From Camelus dromedarius (taxonomy: Eukaryota), in NCBI RefSeq assembly GCF_036321535.1, contig NC_087437.1:29328001-29392000 (forward strand): a DNA stretch of 64,000 bases, read 5' to 3'. How positions within the stretch are numbered: position 1 is the first letter of the stretch; the number at the start of each line of letters is the position of its first letter. The notes beneath the pieces were generated by a model. That model was not told the DNA's origin, did no database searches, and saw only the letters and a program-made list of their open reading frames with translations. Positions 52,781 through 64,000 of the stretch are shown one piece after another. A program made the position numbers and the translations under genes.

Positions 52781-54600
52781 GCACTTAAAGTTATACAACT
52801 CTTAATACAAAAGTTTGTGAAATGGAGGCCACAGCTCTTATCCTCCCACATAAAGGTGGTCTGTTTGGCCCATTTCCTACACAGTTGTACATTCAAAGAA
52901 ACAAAACATAACATTCTAAAAAATTCATTGTAAGAAATTCAAATTTTTATTGAATGCCCTTGGAAAGTACCACAGGGGATCATTCATCTCACACAACCAA
53001 CTCCCTTGAAGTCTCCTTTCACCACCTTCTTTCTCTCTGTATCTTATGTGGCTCAACAGATGCCCTCTGCCCCCCACCCCCGACTCTCTCCCTTCCCTCT
53101 CTCAATCCTCCCTCATCCACTCAACTAGTACCAACCCCTCTCCCTCTGTTCCAGTCCTCCTGTCAGCTTCTCTGACTCCAGACACTCCTGGCCCTTTTGA
53201 AGGTGGATCAAAGTCTGCTCTGGGTATCTGCTTTCTCCTCCCTGTCCATCACCGCTCAGCACAGTGGAGACCCGGGAGTGGGCAGCTGTCACAGCAGTCA
53301 AGTCACCTTCCTAAGCTTTAAGGTCAGGGCATGAATGGAAGGTTTTGGGATGCACACATATGTTGCCCTGCTTACATTCAGTATATGGATCATAAGCCAG
53401 AAAACAGAAGTCTAAAAGATCTGGAAATCAGCTTAACTAAAGTTTAAACTGGAAATGTCAATTGGTCATCTTGAAGAACAGTATGGAAAAGTAATCAAGA
53501 TTTTCCTGTTTGTTAACCAAAATTAAAATACATGCTTACTTGTATTCCTAAATAATTGTCTTGAAAATCAAGGAACAGTTTTCTGGCATAAACTACACTA
53601 CTCATTATTTAGATGTGAGAGAATATTTTAAATTTTCAACTGATTTAGAAATCATTATTTTGAAAATTCTTATTTTGGGGGACTTAACTCATCCTTATCT
53701 TGATGAACCTATGTATAGATTTTTACTGTCTTTTGCAGGTTGTAGGTTTTTCTATTTATTTTTCTAATTTTTCATTCATTCAGTTAGTATAAAATGTATT
53801 AAAACAGTTGATTAATAGTTTAAAGTACATCTATACTTCTTTATTATGAAATTATGGACATAATAAGACATGTTTAATAACGAGCAAAAGAATCATTAGG
53901 TAACTGTATCTTTGTAAATGTTTTAATGATCCATGTAATTATAATTTTAATTCCCTATAATATATTCAGAATTGCTTATAGAATATTAAATATGGTACAA
54001 TAATTGTACCTTTCATAAACTTCTTTTTTAAAAAAAGTTATCAAAATCAGGTCTTTGTTTCTCATATTTTCATTTTTAAAAAAAACTAATGATGTAACCT
54101 CTCATTACGCACTTACTAAATAGTACTCTCTATAAATACATATCTGAGAAAGGTCATTTTATAGACACAAAGAAAACTTGAACCAAACATCTTTTTAAAA
54201 ATAACTCATTTTCTTTTCTGTTAATAAGTTTGCTATTATATAAATGGAAAATACAGAACATAATGAAAACAAAAATTGCCGAGAATACTACGATAAAGAT
54301 AATAGGCTTATTTTGATATATTTTCAGTCTTTTCTGTTTCTATAAGTACATAAGATGACTACCATTAATTGAAATAATTATGTACATTTTGTATCTTGCT
54401 TTTCATACTTTGCATTGTATCATTAGCATTTTTTACATCAATAAAGTTAATTTTAAAACAGAGTAATTTCAGATAATAAGAGCTCTAAAGAATACAAAGC
54501 AGGATAATGATTTTCTAAACAACTCAAGGGAGTGTGATGGACTGTATTTGACTAGAGAGGAAAGAACAGTCTCAATGAGGAAGCATTTGAGCTGAGGAGT

Positions 54601-55412
54601 TTTGATGGCTCAATTTATGTGTCAATTTAACTGGACCATCAGGTGTCCAGACATTTGGTCAAACATTATTCTGGATGTGTCTGTATGGTGCTTCTGGATG
54701 ATATTAACATTTGAGTTAGCTTATTATAACTTCCAGTTATAAGATAAATTATGGGGATGTAATTTACAACACAGTGACTATCGTAAACAACAGTGTATAT
54801 TTGAAAGTTGCTAAGAGTAGATTTTAAAAGCTCTCATGACCAAAAAAATTGTAACTACATATGATGAATGTTAACTAAACTTACTGTAATAATCATTTAG
54901 CTATATCTATCTATCTCACATCATTATATTGTATGCCTGAAACAAATCCAATGCTATAGGTCAGTTATATCTCAATTTTTAAAAACTGAGCGTGAATGGT
55001 ACCCAAAACCCCCTACATTTAAGTTGGTAGGTTGAGTAAAGCAGGTTGTCCTTCTTAATGTAGATGGCTCTCATTGATCAGATGAAGTCCTGATAGAACA
55101 AGAAGATGAGTAGGAAGGAACTCCTCCTGCCTGTTTGAGCTGGGACAACTGCACATTGGCTATTTTTTGAGCCTGCTGGCTTCTGGATTGGAACTTATAC
55201 CATTGGCTTTTCTTCAGACCAGAACTAAACCATCAGCTCTCCTGAGTCTCCAGCTTACCAATTACGTATCTTGGAATGTTTCATAGGACTGCTCACCCTC
55301 CATATCTGTGTGAGCCAATTCCTTTTAATAAACACGTATTTTGTAAAATATATATTGTGTAAATAAATATGTAATATGTATTCTATTTCTCTAGAGAAAC
55401 ATGATTAATATG
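54601..55412 (+). mobile_element. MLT2 (D-like) ERVL solo LTR, interrupted by an L1 3' end and lying in an L2 fragment
   Basis: tgatggctcaatttatgtgtcaattt...ccagacatttggtcaaacattattctgg...gagtaaagcagg...gtgagccaattcctt...tttctctagagaa. Approximate 5-bp TSD ggagt / gaagt. Confidence 0.85.
54720..55014 (+). mobile_element. L1MA-like 3' end inserted in MLT2
   Basis: aacttccagttataagataaatt...ttgaaagttgctaagagtaga...tatatctcaat. TSD acatttgagtt (54707-54717) / acatttaagtt (55015-55025). Confidence 0.85.
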
Positions 55413-55438
55413 GAAGTTATAGAAAAATAAAGGAGCTA

Positions 55439-56378
55439 CATACAACTCAACATCAAAAAAACAAAGAACCTGAGTGAAAAAATGGGCAGAAGACCTGAAC
55501 AGACATTTTTCCAAAAAGAACATGCAAACTGCCAACAGGCACATGAAAAGATGCTCAACATGTCTAATCAGGAAAATGCAAATCAAAACCACAATGAGAT
55601 ACCACCTTACATCTGTCAGAATGGCTATCATCAAAAAGAATACAAACAACAAATGCTGGTGAGGATGTGAGAGAAGGGAATTCTCATATGCTACTGATGG
55701 AAATGTAAATTTGTTCAACCACTATGGAAAACAGTATGGAGGTTTCTCAAAAACTAAAAATAGAACTACCATGACCCAGGAATTCCACTCCTGAGTGTAT
55801 ATCCAAAAAATCCAAAAATACTAATTCAAAAAGATACATGTAACCCCAACATTCATAGAAGCATTATTCACAATTGCCAAGATATGGAAGCAACTTGTCC
55901 ATCAACAGATGACTGGATAAGGAAGATGTGGTATATGCACACAATGGAATACTACTCAGTCATAAAAAAGAATGAAATTTTGTCATTTGCAGCAACACAG
56001 ATGGACTTGGAGGGTATTAAGCTAAGTGAAATATGTCAGGCAGAGAAAGACAAATACTATATGATATCACTTACATGTGGAATCTAAAAAATAAAACAAA
56101 CTAGTGAATATAACAAAAAAAGAATCAGACTTAGATACAGAGAACAAACTAGTGGTTATTAGTGAAGAGAGAAGGGGGCAGGGGCAACATAGGGGTAGGA
56201 GATTAAGAGGTACAAACTATTAGGCACAAAATAAGCTACAAGGATATACTGTACAACATGCATAGTATAGCCAGTACCCTATAATAACTATAAATGGAGT
56301 ATAACCTTTAAAAATTGTGCATCACTATATTTTATACCTGTACCTTTTGTAATACTGTCCATTAACTATACTTCAATT
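55439..56378 (+). mobile_element. 5'-truncated LINE-1 (ORF2 C-terminus plus 3' UTR), same subfamily as 5242-7891
   Basis: [17 protein letters not shown]...MKRCS...[16 protein letters not shown], with a 3' UTR matching 7560-7890. TSD aaaaataaaggagcta (55423-55438) / aaaaataaaggagtta (56379-56394). Confidence 0.93.
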
Positions 56379-59034
56379 AAAAATAAAGGAGTTATCTGAG
56401 CAGCAGAACAGCAAGTACAAAGATAAAGAAAGAAGAGTAAGGTCCATTTGTTTAAAAGATAAAACAGGCCAGGGGCTGCAGAACAGAGGTCACAGGTAGG
56501 TGATGGAGGCTAAGAGACAGGTAAAAGACAAAGCTTACTGACAAAGTATTCTTCTGAAAGTTGTGCCTGCACCTGTTTATTTCCCCACAACCAAGATACT
56601 ATTAGTGCCCTTGGTGGTGTTAAAGGTTGTATGCATAGTTCATTGGACATAAACAGAAAACTCAGGGTGGCATGTAAAAGACAGGGTGTGCTCAGTTGAT
56701 TTTTCATGAGAAAAGAGACAAAGACATCAAAGATAGGACACGTGGGCTTCAAAATGAGCTGTGTTTTGGAAATCACTGCACTGAGGTATCAGGCAGGGGG
56801 TAGAAATTCTTCAGAATCATGGATTTTTTTTTTAAATAGGACTACATCCCACAATTTGAGATTTAAGGGTTCAACTAAAATTAATCTGAAATTAATCAGA
56901 TATTGATTGACTCTCTGAATTGTACCAGAGAGATGTATTTTATTCATTCGGAGCATGCTAGAGGGAGATATTTGCAATAGAGAAATTTCAATAGAGATAG
57001 AGCATACTCTGTACCTGATTCAGTTTTCATCAGCATTTATTTTCTAATTTTAGTGTAAGAGCCCATTTGGATGTGATGAAGTAAGCAAAAATGTGAGAGT
57101 AAAACAGCACCAAGAACCCTGGATAGACTTATTAAGACTTAAAGAGTTTACACAGAAGACAGCAAGAAACATCCAAATGAGAAGTATCAAACGGGAAAAC
57201 TTCAGAAACTCACAAGAATCAGGGGTCTTGAGAACCACAGAGCTATTAAGGCACCTGTAGTGGATGTTTTACTTCTTGTCTTGCATGAAAGGCTCTCCTC
57301 ACCTAGGTCATCTCAAGTTTAATGTCAATGTGAGAAGTGATCCATGAATGTTGGTGGTCTAGACCAAAAGTGGGTAAGAAATGTAGATGAGGGTTTTTTT
57401 TTTTTTAAATTCAGCCCTCATCTTCCCAGAATAGTTAAAAAAAAAAAACTTTTATATGTTTCACCTAATTCTTACAATATTTAACATAATTTTTCATAAA
57501 AGCTAAAAAATTTACTCAAGAACTTAGAGCTAATAAATGGAGCAAGAATTGTAAACCCAGGTTGTTATAGTTCCAGGTTTTTTAGGCTCTAAGTTCATTT
57601 GTCACACCATTAGTTTAATGATATAGAGGATGCTTAGCTTCAGAGACAGTTTGAAAATCATCTCTCCTCATTTCATGCCCTGATGAAAGGTGAAAACTGA
57701 AGATAAAAAAAATATCTTGCCCAAGATCAGTGTTCAAGAAAGCAAAGAGCGAGGACAAAAATTCAGATCTTTTCAACTCCAGAGTCTCTAGGAAGGATTT
57801 AAATTCTTTTTTTTTTTTTTTTTTTTTACTTTTCTGCATGTGACTTTTAAATGTTAGTGAGTAGTCCTTTTAAAATTTTGTAATATTAAGTTTCTGAGAT
57901 TTAGAAAAATCAATGGACACTTTTTTTTTTGAATAAAATAAGTCTCTAGCTTTATATTCTTGCCTGGATTTTTTTTTTTTTTTTGGTTTATTCAAATACA
58001 TTATGAAGGAAACTTGTGCTGATTTAGATGTGGATTTCATACACATTTAACACCAATATTTACTGAGAACCTAACGTGTAAAATTCTGTGCCAGACTTAG
58101 CGTGTAAAAGTGTTCTGTGATTCCTCAGCTTATTTCTGGAGCTTCCCCCGCCCCGCCCCCGCCCCAGAGAATCCTTCTGATGAGAGAAATGGCAATGCAC
58201 ATAAAAATGATAGAATTTTCCGCAAAAGGAAGTTAAAAAAATTAAGTCCCTCTTAAAGGCTAATAGATAAAAAATTAAACGTTTTGATTCTGAGTAATTT
58301 AGAAACAATTACTCATATAGCGAAACGAAAAGCTGAATAATTTTGAAGAAACAGTAACGTTTTCCATTCTAGAGTTACAGAACTGAAAATATAGGGTAGA
58401 TATGTTCATTGTTTCTTCTATGCTGAAAAAAATTATGTAAGTCTATGATTTACATAACTTGTAAACATTGGTAATAAGTTACATGCTAGTTTAATGAACA
58501 GAACAAAAACTTACACCTTGCTGCAGTTATAGAGTAATTTGCTCTATATTCTCTTTCTGTTCATAGGCTAGCCTAACTAAAAAACCTAAAGATGAAATAA
58601 TAACAAATGATGTAACTGCCACAAGATACCACATCTATGAAACTTAATATATTGTGAAGGATTGTTCTTATTTGTTTGTAACTGTTCACATATGTTAAAC
58701 CACAAAAAAACAAAACAAAACAAAAAAACAACTCAGGAACTAAAGCAACTTCTGATCATGCTTGAAGTTCACAAATAGTGTCAAATTAACTTTTTTCATG
58801 TTTTGCTAAAGAGTTCTTTTTCTTTAACATTTTCTTTTTTGCTTCTTACTGTGAATTACAGCATATATTCCTGGAAATGTAATATACAGGTATAGTTTAA
58901 AGGATAGTATGGAATAATTACATCTGGGGTCAGAGAAGCCCTCTGCCTACTCCTCCCTAATTTAATTTCCCCTTTGCTCACCCAGAGAACCACCATCCTG
59001 AAATATGTATTAATCACTCTCTTGTTTTTTTAAG

Positions 59035-59737
59035 TTTTTTTATTGAAGTATAGTTGATTTATAATGTTGTGTTAGTTTCAGGTATACAGCAGTGATTCAG
59101 TTATACATATATATATATCTATTCTTTTTAAAACTCTTTTCCATTATATGCTATTGCAAGATACTGAATATAGTTCCCTATGCTATACTATGGGACCTTG
59201 TTGTTTATCTGTTTTATGTATAGTTCTGTGTATCTGTTAATCTCAAAATTCTAATTTATCTCTCCTCCACACCTTTCCTCTTTGGTAACTATAAGTTGCC
59301 TGTGAATCTATTTCTGGTTTGTAAGTAAGTTCATTTGTATCATATTTTTTAGATTCCACATGTAATAGTGATATATGATATTTGTCTTTCTCTGCTTGAC
59401 TTAACTATGATAATCTCTAGGTCCATCTACATTGCTGCAAATGACATGAATTCATTCTTTTTTTTTTCACAGCTGAGTAGCATTCCATTGTGTGTGTGTG
59501 TGTCTGTGTGTGTACGTATATACACACACCACATCCATCCATTCATCTGTCAATGGACATCTAGGTTGCTTGTAAGTTTGGAGATTGTAAAAAGTGCTGC
59601 TGTGAACACAGGGGTGCATGTGTCTCTTCTGATTATAGTTTTCTCTGGATATATGCTCAGGAGTGGGATTGCTGGATCATATGGTAACTCTATTTTTAGT
59701 TTTTAAGGAATATCCATACTGTTCTCCATAGTGGCTA
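59035..59737 (-). mobile_element. 5'-truncated L1 3' end (same type as 14450-15176), within an older L1ME fragment
   Basis: ttttttattgaagtatagttgattt...gggaccttgttgttt...ttagattccacat...ggagtgggattgctggatcatatggtaactctatttttag. Confidence 0.9.
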
Positions 59738-59964
59738 ATTCATTCATTTTAAGGGTTATAGAGTATTCTGTTAATCTATTTATATGCTTAAAGAATAGGT
59801 GTACCAGTTGTTATAATTTTGCTAGATGAACATCCTTCTGCACATGTGTAAAGTGTTCTCCAGAATAGATACCTAGAAGTAAAATTGCTGTGCCTACATC
59901 TTCAACTTTACCAGCTACTGTCAAATTGTTCTCTAATCTAGTCACACCAAATACAGAACTTTTT

Positions 59965-60109
59965 AAATTTTCTATTTTTTTTTTAATGGGGGGAAGTAAT
60001 TAGATTTATTTATTTATTTATTTATTTACTTGATGGAGGTACTGGGGATTGAACCCAGGACTTTGTGCATGCTAGGCATGCACTCTACCACTGAGCTATA
60101 TCCTTCCCC
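59965..60109 (-). mobile_element. tRNA-Ala-derived SINE (vic-1-like, camelid), copy 3
   Basis: Same head as copies 1 and 2. Perfect TSD agaacttttt (59955-59964 / 60112-60121). Confidence 0.9.
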
Positions 60110-63100
60110 TGAGAACTTTTTGTTTCTTCACATCCTTGTCTACTTTTGGTGTGATCACTGCTCTTAGGTTAAAGTTCCTGCTAATTGCCAGGCTTTCTCA
60201 ATTGTTTCTGCCAGAAATATTTCTATAATCTTCAGGTTACCAGGGTAACTTTAAGTCAAAGTATAAAGAAAATAGATTAAATATACACACCAATGCAAGA
60301 TTATTTTGCAGTTCATTGTTTTGCAATCTTTTCTCATTATTACTCTTGTTCCACTCTTTCTACCATGTTGTATCTGAGCTGTTACAAGCAAAGGATGGCA
60401 CATTTTTATAAAGCTAATTTAAAAAATGACAGTTGACACTGACATAATTTAAAAATTGTCTTAGTAAATATTTTGAAAGCTCACCACTATTTTTAATCTG
60501 TCATACTTTCCCCTGAAAAGAGTAAGATGGGAAAAGTACATTATCAGATTATTTCCACTCACACACAAAAGATACATCATCATGAAAGACAAGTGTATAG
60601 CAAAGGATTTGAAAGAATGAGGCCAATTAGGAAGTAGTTCACCGACACAGCAATCTGAGTTCATCAATTCAAAATCAACATCCATCATTCCTACATGTTC
60701 TTATGGGTACCAAGTCAGTCAAAATAGAACAGAAGGAAAGCATACATCAAGATTCATCAGAGTTTAACGACAGTGACAGGTGCACGCTCCTCAAGTAAAA
60801 ACACACATGTCAATGGGAAAACAAACCAGCTGCTGCTGGATTTGTGTTAACTATTACTACATCCTAAAGTCAACACTGACTCCCTGGCTTATATAATTTT
60901 GGATTTTGATTAATATCTAATTTCTGTAATTTTATGTAAATGACACTAACATTTTACATGGGTATATCTGCCATCACTTTCACACACTTAAAATCTGGCT
61001 GCAATAAGATGATTTAAGGAATCTATATAAGCCCTGCAGATGATTTTCATGCAGGCTAAAAGTTTGAGGACCATGGCTTTAGTCCAATGACTAGAAGGAC
61101 TGTGTTGCCAAACATGTATCAATAGCGTAAATATTTACATATATCCTGAATGTATAAGAAGGATACAACTATATACTATATTATTCAAACACTAGACATC
61201 TGTTAAAGAAAACTAAGATGGAGTAGTATCTATTCTATTGCCCATTAGTCATTGGTCTTCCTTTGAAGTATAACCCACAGTGACCAATTGGTTTAACTTA
61301 ACCTAATAGCAGAAATAAAAAGGGGAAGTCTTAAGAGAACTCTGCACTGGCTGGAAAAGAAAACAGGAAGTATATTCCACATCAAGTTTTACAGAATTTT
61401 CAGAAAGCACATCAATCTAAAGCATCATGAAGTTCCTACTGATGTCATTCTCAAATACATGTAGACTGGAAGAAATATTGCCTAACGCCTCATATCTCAT
61501 TACATGTATCTGCCTAATTAGAAATTTGTTGGGCCCAGGCTAAAATTTTATATATATAAAAACAGTAACAACAAATGTTGTTATCAAGCTTACAGAAAAA
61601 TGTGTTTCAAATCGAACAATTGAGAAAGTAGTCATGCCTTCTGCCAAAATCCAGTATTAGGTCTAAATATAGAGTCAAACCAAAAACCATCAGGCATACC
61701 TGCTCTATAACTAAAGTGAATGGATTCTTTATATATTGCTAACAGCCAACCAAACCTTTCAAAAGCAAAAACAAACAAGAATTGTTCAATTTCCCAATTC
61801 CCAAGATATGAGAAAAAACAGAAATTTAGTTAAGCTGCTACATTTCTTAAAGTATAATTGAATTTTTTTTAGTTAAGAACAATTGAACACTAGAAATCTT
61901 GAACATATTATTTATTTTAAATATTTATTCCATGAATATATAATACAAAAAATAAAACTTAAAACTATCCAAATTATCTTTAAAATTAAAAAATAGCATA
62001 AAATGTGATTTAAAAAAATTACAGTTGCATAGATCAGAGTTTTATCTGTGTTGCTTGGAATGCTATGAAACTGAGATATTTTGGCATCTTTTATTGGGAT
62101 TATCATATGATAAAACTGTGCTTGGTTGCTTATTATTGTTTATATAGAGAATGCATTCATTTTTATTCACTGAATTGTAGCTTCACTGTCTTGATCATTA
62201 CTCACTATGAATATTCCTGTGCTTATCGTTAAGGTTTTTATGCCTTTGAGCTCAGTTTCTATTGAGTCTGCACTTACTGTCCTACTGTCCACAGAGAAAA
62301 ACATTAAGAAGATGTCACTGAAAGAAATGTTAATGTAAAACCCTGCTTTATCAATTCAAGTGTTTACGCAGTTCATTTAATTTAACTTTGCATAAAGGCA
62401 GCTGAATCACTGAACTTTGTTTTCACTTTTCATGGTTCTAATTACCGACTGCAATTCTGAAATACTTTAGCAGGAAATGGTCTAAGCGGAAGTGCAGCGG
62501 GGAGAGCACTACCTTATTACTTCCCAAATGTAGAGGGACTCCTTTATCCTACCCCGCCTCATACCTTACTACCATCATCAACAGAGTGGAGGGTGAAGGC
62601 GTGACATGCTGTGGAGTAGCAGGGGGTAAGAAAGAGGAATTCTAAATCTCCAAATTCACTGTGGCTGAGATCCCAAAATAACACCCCTCGTTGAACAATA
62701 ACCAACAACTTGAAATTGCAGCTACATTTCCACCTGACTTAGGCTGCTGAGTGAATAGAAAACAAGCCTTAGACATTATAAATAGTAAAATATCCAAAAG
62801 AGATATATAAATTTCTCTTTCCGGGAGCCATCTGTTTCTGTTGCAGAGTTGTAACAACCCAGGGACCTTCCCCTCCCTTCCCAGAGAGGATTTGTTTGCA
62901 GTAGAGGGCAAAGTCTTCTCCCTTTTCAGGAGGGAAGGAAAAGCATTTATGCAATAGTCCCTAGATAAGCTCCAAGAGTCATAATTTTCAGGTCTTCTCT
63001 GGAAGAGCCCCCACTCTTTACACATAGGGTTATATGTGCCCCCATCATATTGCCCCAAAAGAGAAAAGAGCACGGGAACCAGCACTAAGATTGCTAGGTA

Positions 63101-63229
63101 AATAATCAGTCTGCACCTAACCCAGAAACTCCATGCTTACAGTCAGGATAAAAGAAATATGGAAATAAAAAGTTATCACTCTCCCTCTGCCTAAACAAAG
63201 GAGCTAATCATCTTCTCCAGTCCTATTCT

Positions 63230-64000
63230 AAATGGACATGCAAAGAATTGTTTCCAATAGCTAGACAATAAAATTATTTTCAATCAGATATCAAATACCT
63301 ATGAAAAGTGACCATGTACTACACTGTAAAATAACTGTCAATATGTTTTAAAGAAATATAGAAATAGAGACCATGTTCTCTACCCATAGTAGAGTTCAGC
63401 TGAAATCTGAGACAAAAAGAAAACAAGCAAAGACACTTAGATTTTTTAAAGAAATACTTTCAAGAAATCTATGCAAAGAGACCATAATTAATTTTTAAAT
63501 GTAGAATAACAATAAATAGATACTGTCTTTATCTGTAGGATATAGCTAAAGAGATTTAGAGGGAAGTATATAACCTTAAAGGCATGAATTCAATTTGCAA
63601 AAGAGAAAGACCAAAATTTAATGAGCTAAGGTTCCAACTTTCAAGTTGAAACAAAGAACAAATAATCCCAAAGAAAGTATGAAAGCGGTATCAGAGAAGT
63701 TACTGAAATTGAAAACCAAAATCAGAGGGCAACAAATTTAAAAGTTTGTAGTTTGAAAAGAAAACAACTGATAATTATTATCAACTGGAAATATTGACTA
63801 AGGAAAAGAGAAGAAACAGTGTAAAGAGAGACATATTTATAGATGTAGCAGATCTAAACTGAATGCTTTTTTTTTTTTAAAGATTAAAGGAAATGACTCA
63901 CTAATTTAGTATCTTCCTAAAAGAAACTATCATGTCTGAACAGTTTTATAGGTGACTTCTACAAATACTTAAAAAAAAAAAACCCAGATAATTTAAATAT
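63230..64000 (+). mobile_element. Old L1M ORF2 fragment (runs off the window)
   Basis: ggatatagctaaagagatttagagggaagtatataaccttaaaggcatg...aatgagctaagg...ttactgaaattgaaaacc. Confidence 0.65.

Noticed and set aside
62642..63085. 147-aa minus-strand ORF, and similar 100-146 aa ORFs at 994, 2947, 4186, 32429 and 46154
   Set aside because: I see no recognisable domain and no coherent exon structure. The lengths are compatible with chance ORFs.

Overview
This is AT-rich, CpG-depleted mammalian genomic DNA, either intronic or intergenic. I cannot recognise any protein-coding gene, functional RNA gene, CRISPR array or prokaryotic feature. The ORFs with recognisable products are broken LINE-1 ORF2 fragments or their antisense shadows. 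The window is dominated by repeats: several L1 insertions of different ages, L2, MIR, ERVL/MaLR LTRs (MLT1, MLT2), small DNA transposons (MER3, MER81, MADE2) and microsatellites. Three copies of a tRNA-Ala(AGC)-derived SINE resembling the camelid vic-1 family suggest a camelid source (inference). The most notable structure is a ~4 kb L1 at 11505-15482 bounded by a perfect 13-bp target-site duplication (TSD). It joins an L1 5' end almost directly to post-endonuclease ORF2 and carries ~280 bp of apparently 3'-transduced sequence with its own AATAAA and A-tail. I found no convincing new biological system. The other findings are nested insertions, motif-based regulatory candidates and unverified candidate exons. 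Repeat family names come from recalled consensus sequences, and boundaries of old repeats are approximate.
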